Source: Rhodospirillaceae bacterium (GTDB lineage Bacteria; Pseudomonadota; Alphaproteobacteria; Rhodospirillales; Rhodospirillaceae). Taken from it: a DNA stretch of 64,000 bases. Of this stretch, positions 1-8,671 are shown in pieces. Under the pieces are notes generated by a model. That model did not search any database. It had not been told where the DNA came from and saw only the letters and a list, made by a program, of their open reading frames with translations. How positions within the stretch are numbered: the first letter of the stretch is position 1; the number at the start of each line of letters is the position of its first letter. Location of the stretch: the NCBI GenBank assembly GCA_049604415.1, contig JBMYTN010000006.1:65107-129106 (forward strand), read 5' to 3'. The translations under genes and the position numbers were made by a program.

Positions 1-1
1 G

Positions 2-1435
2 ATGGCGACCTCGGCCCGGGAAGTCGAAACCCTGGTCGGCTCCTTGCGCAAATGGATTTTTGAGGATGCCCGGGCCGCAGATCTCCAGGCCATGGAGCGC
101 TTGGGCACAGGGCCGATTTATGCCGGTCTGACCCAGGAAACCCAGACCATTTCCCGCAATCTGCCGATCATGGTCATTGGCGCGCAGCAGATCGTCATGC
201 TGGTCTGTGTCGGGGCTTATATGGCGATCCTCTCCACCGAGGCCTTTTTCGCCGCTGTGGGCTTTTTGATCATCGCCGTGGTGGTGCATATCAAGCGGAT
301 GGAGGTCCACAATGCCCGCATGGTCGACGCCCATCGCGAGGAGGCCAAGGTCTTCGCCGGGCTGGGGCATTTGCTGGATGGCTTTAAGGAAATCCGTGTC
401 AGCCGCGCCCGGGCCGAGGGCGTCATGGGCGATTTGGCCTTGGCGTCGGGCTCGACCCGGGTGATCAAAACCCAAATCAAGGCCGGTTGGGCCTTTGAAT
501 TCGTCCTGTTCCAATTGGCGTTTTATCTGTTGCTGGCGATCATGGTTTTCGTGGTGCCGATGTTCACCGAGGATTTCCACGATGTGATCGTCCCGGCCTC
601 CACCGCAGCTTTGTTCATGATCGGCCCCGTTGGCGTGGTCGCCCAGGCGATCCCGATGCTGGCAGATTCCGACCGGGCGGTGCGCAATGTGGAAGCCCTG
701 CGCGCCCATTTGAAACAGGCCCTGGCCGAGGGCGAAGACGAGGCGGCAGAGGAGATTGAGGGCCCGTTGCGCTCGGTCCGTCTGGAGGACGCCACTTTCA
801 GCTATGTGGATGGCCAGGGCCGGACCGGCTTTTCCGTCGGTCCGCTATCGGCGACCTTCACGGCGGGCAGCATCACCTTTGTTACCGGCGGCAATGGGTC
901 AGGCAAATCGACCATGATGCGCCTGGTGACCGCTTTGGCCCGCCCGCGCGAAGGCAGCATGCTGGTCAATGACACGCCCTTAAGGCCCGGGCAGCGCCAA
1001 GATTATCGTGACCGGATCGGTGCGATCTTTTCCGACTTCCATTTGTTCCGCCGCGCCTATGGCCTAGAAGACTCCGATCCAGATCTGGTGGCCAAGCTGC
1101 TTGAGGAGTTTGGCCTAAGCAAAAAAACCCGCTTTGAAGACGGTGCCTTTTCCACCATTGATCTGTCCACTGGCCAGCGCAAACGCCTTGCCCTGATCCA
1201 GGTCATGCTGGAGGACAAGGAAATGGTCGTGCTCGACGAATGGGCCGCCGACCAGGACCCGACCTTCCGCAAACGGTTTTACGAGGACTTGCTGCCGGAG
1301 CTGAAGGCCCGGGGCAAGATCGTGGTCTGCGTCACCCATGATGACCGCTGGTTTGGCATCGCCGACCAGATCCTGCATATGGATTATGGCCGCTTTGTCA
1401 CCGAGGGTTGGGGCAGTGACGGGGCTGCCCCGTGA
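2..1435 (+). CDS. ABC transporter fused permease/ATP-binding protein, cyclic-peptide (SyrD/YojI-like) exporter family; 5'-partial, N-terminus lies upstream of the window
   Basis: ORF is open to the window edge. TM-rich N-part is followed by an NBD with Walker A GGNGSGKST, signature-like LSTGQRKRLALI and Walker B VVLDEWAAD. The stop overlaps the next start (GTGA). Confidence 0.75.
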   Translation: MATSAREVETLVGSLRKWIFEDARAADLQAMERLGTGPIYAGLTQETQTISRNLPIMVIGAQQIVMLVCVGAYMAILSTEAFFAAVGFLIIAVVVHIKRMEVHNARMVDAHREEAKVFAGLGHLLDGFKEIRVSRARAEGVMGDLALASGSTRVIKTQIKAGWAFEFVLFQLAFYLLLAIMVFVVPMFTEDFHDVIVPASTAALFMIGPVGVVAQAIPMLADSDRAVRNVEALRAHLKQALAEGEDEAAEEIEGPLRSVRLEDATFSYVDGQGRTGFSVGPLSATFTAGSITFVTGGNGSGKSTMMRLVTALARPREGSMLVNDTPLRPGQRQDYRDRIGAIFSDFHLFRRAYGLEDSDPDLVAKLLEEFGLSKKTRFEDGAFSTIDLSTGQRKRLALIQVMLEDKEMVVLDEWAADQDPTFRKRFYEDLLPELKARGKIVVCVTHDDRWFGIADQILHMDYGRFVTEGWGSDGAAP

Positions 1436-2268
1436 CCGCAGCCCCCAAAAGCCCGGATCCGCAGCTCTCAAAAGCGTCCGCACCCTCATCTCCGGCCATA
1501 TCTTCTCCACAGCCTTCGCCTGAGGCCAAGCGCTCGCCCTGGCTGACCGCCTTCCGCCCGGTGGAAAACCCCCGGCTGCGCATCGTCTGCTTTCCCTATG
1601 CCGGGGCCGGGGCGTCGGCCTATCGCCTCTGGCCCGCTGCAGCGCCCGAAGACGTGGAGGTTTTGGCGGTTCAACTGCCAGGCCGGGAAAACCGGTTGCG
1701 CGATCCTGTGCTGACGGATGTGGCCAATGTGGTGCCGCCTTTGGTCAGGGCCCTGCGGCCCCTGGCGGACAAGGTGCCCATGGTGCTGTTTGGCCATTCC
1801 ATGGGCGCAGCCATCGCCCATGATGTGGCCCGCACCCTGATTGCCGGGGGCACGGCCCCGGCGGCGCTGGTGTTTTCCGGGCGGCGTCCGGGCCATTTGG
1901 GGCCGCAGAAGGACCCACTCCATCTGCTGGAGGAACCGGCTTTTCTGGAGGCCATCCGGCAAATGGGTGGCACCCCGAAAGAGGTTTTTGAGCATCCGGA
2001 ATTGCTTGAGGTTTTGATCCCGGTCCTGCGGGCGGATTTCCAAATGTCAGAAACCTATGCCCGCAGCCTGGGTCAGCCTTTCCCGATGCCGGTCTTGATC
2101 TTGGCCGGGGCGAAGGACCAAGAAGCCCCGCCGGAGACGGTGATGGCGTGGCAGGACCTCGCCGGGGGGACCGTCGAAAGCCATGTTTATGAGGACGGAC
2201 ATTTCTTCCTCCACCCCCATTGCGGTGACATTATCGCCCGAATTTTGCGTTTGATCGCTTCGGCTTGA
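1432..2268 (+). CDS. type II thioesterase (alpha/beta hydrolase, NRPS/PKS-associated editing thioesterase-like)
   Basis: Contains CFPYAGAGASAYRLW and the GHSMGAAIAH nucleophile elbow (GxSxG). About 280 aa. Translationally coupled to the upstream exporter. The N-terminal roughly 45 aa is Pro/Ser-rich, so the real start may be internal. Confidence 0.7.
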   Translation: MTAAPKSPDPQLSKASAPSSPAISSPQPSPEAKRSPWLTAFRPVENPRLRIVCFPYAGAGASAYRLWPAAAPEDVEVLAVQLPGRENRLRDPVLTDVANVVPPLVRALRPLADKVPMVLFGHSMGAAIAHDVARTLIAGGTAPAALVFSGRRPGHLGPQKDPLHLLEEPAFLEAIRQMGGTPKEVFEHPELLEVLIPVLRADFQMSETYARSLGQPFPMPVLILAGAKDQEAPPETVMAWQDLAGGTVESHVYEDGHFFLHPHCGDIIARILRLIASA

Positions 2269-2395
2269 CATAAAGCAATTTAACTTAAGCTAAAGGTCTG
2301 TATTTCATCCTGTCCGGGGTGCAGTGCGATTGACTCTACCCCTCCCCGCAAGTAGCGTTCGACCACGCTAACTCCAGAAAAAATAGGGGCAATTC

Positions 2396-3169
2396 ATGCG
2401 ATGCATCATCTCTAGACTTTTGACCCTAGGTTCACTCATTGGTCTGATGGTTGGACTGGGCTCTGCCAGCGCCCAGGCGTCTGACTCCCTGCGGATTCTG
2501 ACGGAGATTTTGCCGCCCTACCAATTCCAGGACGAGGCCCAGGCTGATCCGGTTTTGAAGGGCATCTCGATCGAGATCGTCCAGGCCATCCAAGAACGGG
2601 TGGGCGATGAAACACCCCACGAGGTGCTGCCTTGGAGCCGGGCGCTGAAACTGGTGAAGAAGAATCCGAATACCTTCCTGTTCTCCACCGCCCGGACGCC
2701 GGAGCGCGAAGAACAATTCAAATGGATTGGACCTCTGGCGCCGTTGGAAATGGTGTTCTTCATCAAAAAGGGCTCCGGGGTTGAAATCACATCAATGGAT
2801 CAAGCCAAAACCATTGACCGGATTGGTGTGACCAAGAATGTCGCCACCCACGAGATTCTGACGGAGATGGGATTTGAAAATCTGGATGTGATGCAAAGCG
2901 GCTCGGACGACAAAAACATCTCGCGTCTTGTGAAGGGCCGCATCGATACGTGGCCGACCGCCTATTACGCCGGGATCTACAGCGCCCGGCTTTATGGTGA
3001 GCTTGACCAGATCGAGGTGGTTCCCAATGTGACCATTCTCTCCGGATCGCTCTATATCGCGGTCAATAAGGAAACCCCGGACGCTTTGGTGCAAAAATGG
3101 CAAGACGCGCTGGATGCCCTGCGCGCCGAGGGTGTCGTCGAGGCCATCACCGCCCGGTATGACCGGTAA
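2396..3169 (+). CDS. periplasmic solute-binding protein, family 3 (amino-acid/polar solute binding fold) with signal peptide
   Basis: N-terminal hydrophobic signal (LLTLGSLIGLMVGLGSASA). Size and residue pattern are typical of SBP_bac_3. It sits directly upstream of a sensor that itself contains an SBP_bac_3-like domain. Confidence 0.6.
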   Translation: MRCIISRLLTLGSLIGLMVGLGSASAQASDSLRILTEILPPYQFQDEAQADPVLKGISIEIVQAIQERVGDETPHEVLPWSRALKLVKKNPNTFLFSTARTPEREEQFKWIGPLAPLEMVFFIKKGSGVEITSMDQAKTIDRIGVTKNVATHEILTEMGFENLDVMQSGSDDKNISRLVKGRIDTWPTAYYAGIYSARLYGELDQIEVVPNVTILSGSLYIAVNKETPDALVQKWQDALDALRAEGVVEAITARYDR

Positions 3170-3175
3170 GGAGCG

Positions 3176-6100
3176 TTGATGACCCCCTCTGGGCGATCTT
3201 TTCCAGCCGGTAGCCTGGCACTGCTTGGCCCTGTGCTTAGCACCGTGATGGCGCGCAGCCTTATGGTGCTGATGGCGGTGCTGTGGCTGGGTATGGGCAC
3301 GCCTGGGGATGGTTTTGCCCAAACAACCGGATCGCCGGAGCAAACCCAAGCCAGCGCGGGTGACGCGCTCGCCGAAAGCCTCGCCCGATTTACCGCGCGC
3401 GCCATCTACAATCTGGACAATGACCAACTGCGCGCGGTTGTGGACCCCTTCCTGGAGCAGAATCAAAACATTAGGGGTTTGCGGGTCATCGAAAGCATCG
3501 ATGACGAGCTGATGCTCAGCTATTACCGCGATCTCGACAGCGGGGCAGTGGTTTTTGACGATGTCCTGCCGTCCAATGTGATGGAGTTGGACCGCTTCAG
3601 CGCCAAAAGCGTTTTTGAAGGCGAGGTGATCGGGACGATCCAGATCTGGGTCGAGGTCGCCAATGAGCTGGGTTTGACGCCTGCGGAACTGGCCTGGATC
3701 AGGGACAATCCGGTGATCCGGGTCCACAATGAGACCAATTGGCCGCCCTTCAATTTTGCCATTGGTGGCAACCCCAGGGGCCTATCCATCGATGTGATGA
3801 ACCTGCTGGCGGAAAAAACCGGCCTTCAGGTGGAGTATGTCACCGGTCCGAGCTGGAGTGACTTTTTGCAGATGATGCGGGCGGGCGAGTTGGACGTCAT
3901 GCTCAACATCGTCAAGACCGAAGAGCGGCAAACCTATCTGCTCTACACACCACCTTACATGTCCAACCCCAATGCGATCCTCAGCCGTCGAGATCAGCGT
4001 TTCACCGATGTGGAAAGCTTAAACGGCAAGACCGTCGCGGTGCCCAAAGGGTTCTTTTTTGAAGAGGTGCTGGCCCGGGATTATCCTGATATCAAGCTGC
4101 TTACCGTGGTTGATATTCTGGCCGGGATGAAGGCGGTGGCCTTTGGCGATGCCGATGCCGCCTTTGGCGAACTGGCGGTGCTGCAATATCTGCTGGCGGA
4201 AAACATGCTCGGCGATCTGGTGATCTCCGGCGAGGTTGAGCTGGGCAATCCGGAATATTCTCTGCTGAACATCGCCACCCGGATCGATAGCCCGGAGCTG
4301 GCTTCGATCCTGACCAAAGCAGTGCGGTCCCTGACACCGGAGACCATGGGACCGCTGCGGGACCGTTGGCTCACCTTTGGCAGCGAAATCGACGCCCAGG
4401 ATCCGGACGCTGGCAAAAGCCCGGCGGTGCTGGTCCAGGAACAATTGGCCCAGGAGACCCAGGCCAGCGCCTATCAGGATCTGCTGATCATCGTCATGGT
4501 CCTGGGCGGCATTCTGGTGGCCCTGTTGGTCCTGGGCCGCTTTGTCGCGAAGGGCAATCCGACCCGGCTTTATCGGTCTCGGCCGCTGTTGATCATGGGC
4601 GTTGGCGTGGTGCTGCTGGTGCTGGGCGGGGTTGTGGTCGGCACCAAATTGGCGCTGGATGTGCTGGAGCGCCAGACCCGGGACCGGATCGCAGGTAGTT
4701 TGATCACCACGGTGGATGGCCGACGCGCCCATGTGGAATCCTGGATCGGCCACCACCTTTTGGTGGGCAAGCAACTGGCCGAAGACCGAGAGCTGCGCCG
4801 GATCGCTATGGAGGTCGCCGAAAGCCCGGATCCGGCGGACAATCTCTATCGCCTGACCTCCTATTTCACGGATCTGGGGGTGGATCACTTTGTCTTTTTG
4901 GATGCCCAGGGCCAAACCTTGGTCGGCGATATTGTCGACAGCCATGCGGTGCCGCTCGACTGGCCGAAAGTGGCCCCCCGGGTGCTGCAAACCCTGGAAA
5001 CCGATCTGGCGCTGTTCCTGGGCACCATTAAGGTTTCGACCATCCAGCGTCCCTTGACCCGTCCGATGCCGTTTTTCTCCGTGCCCTTGCCGGGCGTGAG
5101 TTCCGCAAATGCGGAACAAGGCGGCGTGCCTCGGGTCCTGATCATCTCTGCGGCAGAGGGCGAACGCCTCAGCCGGATCATGGCCTTCGGCCAGCTGTTC
5201 TCCACCGGGGAGACCTACGCGTTCTCTGAAGATGGCTTGATGCTCAGCGCCAGCCGCTTTGGCGATCAATTGGTCGAGATGGGGCTGATCCGATCACCGG
5301 GGGATGAGGTGCTGAATTTGCGGGTGGCGGATCCGGAGGTCGACCTGACCACCGGGGCGCAAAGCCCCCTTGCGCCCGAAGACCGGACCTTGACCAAAAT
5401 GGTTCAATCCGCCCTCCGTGATGGCAGCGGCTTTGATGTCGATGGCACCGGCTATCGGGATTATCGCGGCGTGCCGGTGTTTGGTGCCTGGCAGTGGATC
5501 GCTTCCTCGCAAATTGGCATCACCACCGAAGTGGATGTGGCCGAAGCCTTAGGGCCTTATCAGGAAACCCGGCTGATCCTGCTGTCCTTGGTCGGCGGTG
5601 TGGTGGCCATCGGCCTGGGCTTGACCGGGGTCTCGATCTGGACCGGACGCAGTGCATCGCGCAATTTGTGGGTGGCCAATCAGGAACTGGAGCAGCGGGT
5701 GGAAGAGCGCGCCCAGGACGCGGTCACCAGCGAACGCCGGATGCGCGCCATCATCGACAATGCGGTCGATGGCATCATCACCATTGATGACCAAGGCACC
5801 GTCGAAGACTTTTCCGCCGCCGCCGGTCAGATCTTTGGCTATACGCCGCAAGAGGTCATCGGCCAGAACATCAAAATGCTGATGGCCCCAGAGATCGCCC
5901 GGGAGCATGACGGCTATCTGTCCGCCTATCGGGCGGGCGGGCGGCCCCATGTGGTGGGCAAAAACCGCGAGGTAACCGGGCGCAAAAAGGATGGCACCAC
6001 TTTCCCGATGGACTTGGCGGTGGGCGAAATCCTGATCGAGGGCCGGAAAACCTTCACCGGCATTGTCCGCGACATCAGTGCCCGGAAAAAGGCTGGCGAG

Positions 6101-7690
6101 GCGCTGACCCTATCCGAAGAGCGCACCCGGTTGATCCTGGAATCCGTCGGTGAAGGGGTGTTCGGGGTCGATCTGGACGGACGCATTACCTTCGTCAACC
6201 AATCGGCAGAAAAGCTGCTCGGCTTCCTGGCTCGGGAAATGATCGGCCAAAAAGCCCACCCGCTGTTCCACCATCACAGGCGGGATGGCTCGGTCTATCC
6301 GGTCCATGACTGTTGGATGTTCAAATCCTTCACCGAGGGCGAATCCTATCGGATCGACAATGAGGTGCTGTGGCGCAAGGACCGCAAGCCGTTGGAGGTG
6401 GAGTATTTCGCCACCCCAATCCGCAAGGATGGGGCCATTGTCGGGGCTGTGGTCTCCTTCTCCGACATCTCCAAACGCCGGGATGCGGAACGCAAGTTGA
6501 AACAGGCCTTCCGCCTGTCGCAAAAGACCCTGCGCGAGATGGATGCGGTGCTGGAAGCCATCGATTACGGCATTTGCTTCATGGACAAGGATCTGCGGGT
6601 CCGGGTGATGAACCAGGCCTTCATGACCCAATGGCATTTCGATCCGGATGTTTTGGCCGCCAAGCCGACCATGGAAGAGTTGATCCGGCGCAACCGCTAT
6701 AACGGTCTCTATTATCTGGCCGATCCATCAGACGACGACGCCTTTGATGTCTATGTCCAGGAACGGGTCGAGGCGGTGCGCGAGGGTGGGTTCCCGGCGG
6801 TGGAAATGACCCGGGCTGACGGCAAGGTGCTGATCTATCAGTGCTTCTCTTTGCCCGATGGCGAGCGGATGTTGACCTATTTCGACATTTCGGAGCAGAA
6901 GCAGGCCGAAGGCAAACTGAAGGACGCTTACGAGGTCATCTCCGGCTCGATCGATTATGCCGCCCGGATCCAACGCTCGGTCTTGCCCGATCCGGCCATG
7001 CTGCGGGCCTTCTTCACCGACCATTTCGTCATTTGGGAACCCCGCGATACGGTGGGCGGTGACATTTATTGGGCCAAGATGTGGAAGGACAGCATCCTGC
7101 TGATCCTCGGCGATTGCACCGGCCATGGGGTGCCCGGGGCGTTTATGACCCTGATCTCCTCCGGCGCCCTGGAGCGGGCGATGCTGGAATGCGTCTCCGG
7201 CGATCTCTCCCAACTGATCTCGGAACTGCACCGCTCGATCCAGATCACCTTGGGCCAGCATGGTGTTTCCGGGGAGTCCGATGACGGCCTGGAGCTTGGA
7301 GCCTGCCTGATCAGCCCGGATATGACGGAGATGACCTATGTCGGGGCTCGGTTCTCCTTGTTTATTGTTGAGGATGGGGCGGTCAGCGAGGTCAAAGGCA
7401 CCCGCAAAGGCCTGGGCTATCGCCGCACCCCGGCCTCGCAAACATTCGACGCTCACCGCATCGAGGTCCGCGACGGCATGCGGTTCTTTATGACCTCTGA
7501 CGGAATGATTGACCAAATTGGCGAAAAGACCCGCCGCAGCTATGGAAAGAAACGATTTATACAGTTATTACAGGAGGTGGGGGCGGATGAGATGAGTGAC
7601 CAGAAAGCCGCCATGCAGCACAGTCTGCAAATGTTCCAAGGACTCGAGCCACGCCGGGATGATGTATCCGTCATCGGGTTCAGATTATGA
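3176..7690 (+). CDS. multidomain membrane sensor Ser/Thr phosphatase, PP2C/SpoIIE (RsbU/SiaA-like). Domain order: periplasmic region - SBP_bac_3-like domain - TM - second sensor region - TM - 3x PAS - PP2C
   Basis: 1504 aa. Signal/TM at the N-terminus. SBP_bac_3-like segment (IRVHNETNWPPFNF...). Hydrophobic TM stretches around aa 455-510 and 795-815. PAS-like blocks (IIDNAVDGIITIDDQG..., LILESVGEGVFGVDLDG...). C-terminal SpoIIE/PP2C signature GGDIYW...LILGDCTGHGVPGAFMT. The stop overlaps the next start (ATGA). Confidence 0.8.
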   Translation: MMTPSGRSFPAGSLALLGPVLSTVMARSLMVLMAVLWLGMGTPGDGFAQTTGSPEQTQASAGDALAESLARFTARAIYNLDNDQLRAVVDPFLEQNQNIRGLRVIESIDDELMLSYYRDLDSGAVVFDDVLPSNVMELDRFSAKSVFEGEVIGTIQIWVEVANELGLTPAELAWIRDNPVIRVHNETNWPPFNFAIGGNPRGLSIDVMNLLAEKTGLQVEYVTGPSWSDFLQMMRAGELDVMLNIVKTEERQTYLLYTPPYMSNPNAILSRRDQRFTDVESLNGKTVAVPKGFFFEEVLARDYPDIKLLTVVDILAGMKAVAFGDADAAFGELAVLQYLLAENMLGDLVISGEVELGNPEYSLLNIATRIDSPELASILTKAVRSLTPETMGPLRDRWLTFGSEIDAQDPDAGKSPAVLVQEQLAQETQASAYQDLLIIVMVLGGILVALLVLGRFVAKGNPTRLYRSRPLLIMGVGVVLLVLGGVVVGTKLALDVLERQTRDRIAGSLITTVDGRRAHVESWIGHHLLVGKQLAEDRELRRIAMEVAESPDPADNLYRLTSYFTDLGVDHFVFLDAQGQTLVGDIVDSHAVPLDWPKVAPRVLQTLETDLALFLGTIKVSTIQRPLTRPMPFFSVPLPGVSSANAEQGGVPRVLIISAAEGERLSRIMAFGQLFSTGETYAFSEDGLMLSASRFGDQLVEMGLIRSPGDEVLNLRVADPEVDLTTGAQSPLAPEDRTLTKMVQSALRDGSGFDVDGTGYRDYRGVPVFGAWQWIASSQIGITTEVDVAEALGPYQETRLILLSLVGGVVAIGLGLTGVSIWTGRSASRNLWVANQELEQRVEERAQDAVTSERRMRAIIDNAVDGIITIDDQGTVEDFSAAAGQIFGYTPQEVIGQNIKMLMAPEIAREHDGYLSAYRAGGRPHVVGKNREVTGRKKDGTTFPMDLAVGEILIEGRKTFTGIVRDISARKKAGEALTLSEERTRLILESVGEGVFGVDLDGRITFVNQSAEKLLGFLAREMIGQKAHPLFHHHRRDGSVYPVHDCWMFKSFTEGESYRIDNEVLWRKDRKPLEVEYFATPIRKDGAIVGAVVSFSDISKRRDAERKLKQAFRLSQKTLREMDAVLEAIDYGICFMDKDLRVRVMNQAFMTQWHFDPDVLAAKPTMEELIRRNRYNGLYYLADPSDDDAFDVYVQERVEAVREGGFPAVEMTRADGKVLIYQCFSLPDGERMLTYFDISEQKQAEGKLKDAYEVISGSIDYAARIQRSVLPDPAMLRAFFTDHFVIWEPRDTVGGDIYWAKMWKDSILLILGDCTGHGVPGAFMTLISSGALERAMLECVSGDLSQLISELHRSIQITLGQHGVSGESDDGLELGACLISPDMTEMTYVGARFSLFIVEDGAVSEVKGTRKGLGYRRTPASQTFDAHRIEVRDGMRFFMTSDGMIDQIGEKTRRSYGKKRFIQLLQEVGADEMSDQKAAMQHSLQMFQGLEPRRDDVSVIGFRL

Positions 7691-8265
7691 GCGAGGGGCA
7701 AGGCATGCTGGCAAAGGACATGTATGACTTACGCAGCGATTTGGCAGAGCGCGGCGTCATGTTTTGCTACAGTGGGTTTATGACCGAGCAGGTGCTGACC
7801 GCCATTGGTTCAGCCCTGCGGACCAAATTGGAATTGGACAAGACGGATCGGCAGAGGGCGAAGAACCTGTTTTCGGTCTTTGTCGAACAGGTCCAAAACA
7901 TCATCCGTTATTCCGCCGAACGGGAAATCGGCGACAATGGCGACGAGGACAGCGACAAGGAACTGCGCTATGGCGTGCTTTCGGTGGGTCGCGAAGACCA
8001 AAGGCTGTTCGTCTCCTGCGGCAATCTGATCGTCCAGAAGGACGTGGATCGTCTGCGCAATTCCCTCGACCACATCAAGTCCTTGGATCGCAAGGCTTTG
8101 ATGAAACTCCATAAAGAGACCCTGCGCGGTGCCCGGCCTGAGGGCAGCAAAGGCGCGGGCGTCGGCTTTATTGATATCGCACGTCAAGCGTCGCACGGCT
8201 TTGATTTTGATTTCATGCCGATCAGCGACCAGCACTCCTATTTCTGCCTTAAGGCCTATCTCTGA
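7687..8265 (+). CDS. small GHKL-type Ser/Thr protein kinase, partner-switch kinase (SiaB/RsbW-like)
   Basis: 192 aa. N-box-like FVEQVQNIIRYS and G2-box-like GSKGAGVGFIDIAR resemble anti-sigma-factor-type HATPase kinases. It sits between a PP2C phosphatase and a DUF1987-like protein, the same position as siaB in siaABCD. Confidence 0.55.
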   Translation: MSEGQGMLAKDMYDLRSDLAERGVMFCYSGFMTEQVLTAIGSALRTKLELDKTDRQRAKNLFSVFVEQVQNIIRYSAEREIGDNGDEDSDKELRYGVLSVGREDQRLFVSCGNLIVQKDVDRLRNSLDHIKSLDRKALMKLHKETLRGARPEGSKGAGVGFIDIARQASHGFDFDFMPISDQHSYFCLKAYL

Positions 8266-8273
8266 GAGGACCC

Positions 8274-8666
8274 ATGGCCATGGACAGCATCCAAATCGCC
8301 GCCACACAGCGCACCCCAGACGTTCAATTCAACTTTGATGCCAATGAGTTTAGCATCACGGGCGAGTCCTATCCGGAGAACGTCACCGACTTCTATGGCT
8401 CCCTGATGGAAGCCTTGGAAACCCATCTGGAAAGCCAGGAGGGGGCGAAAGTCACCTTCAAATTCGAGCTGGTCTATATCAACAGTTCGACGGCCAAGAT
8501 CGTGATGGAAATCTTTGATCTGCTTGACCAGACCGGCGAGCGGGGCAATGAGGTGACCATCATCTGGCGCATCGAAGAAGAAGACGACAATATGCAGGAG
8601 CTGGGCGAGGAATTCGCCGAGGACCTGGAGTCGGTCACCTTCACCATTGAAACGTTCTCGGGCTGA
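8274..8666 (+). CDS. SiaC-like (DUF1987) partner-switch phosphoprotein
   Basis: 130 aa. Contains ITGESYPEN and the LVYINSSTAKIVMEIFDLLD block, which I recognise as the conserved core of DUF1987/SiaC proteins. Acidic C-terminus. Operon position matches siaC. Confidence 0.6.
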   Translation: MAMDSIQIAATQRTPDVQFNFDANEFSITGESYPENVTDFYGSLMEALETHLESQEGAKVTFKFELVYINSSTAKIVMEIFDLLDQTGERGNEVTIIWRIEEEDDNMQELGEEFAEDLESVTFTIETFSG

Positions 8667-8671
8667 CGCTT

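Noticed and set aside
2792-3727. 311-aa minus-strand ORF overlapping the SBP and sensor genes (similar long antisense ORFs at 4019-5269, 6728-7516, 10754-11773, 20626-21267, 23407-24387, 23707-24615, 30923-32143, 33644-34696, 41284-42003, 51259-52350, 53967-54749, 55823-57088, 57143-58042, 60666-61877)
   Set aside because: They fall entirely inside well-supported genes on the opposite strand. They have Arg/Gly/Pro-rich, motif-free translations typical of high-GC antisense frames and no independent start or Shine-Dalgarno support.
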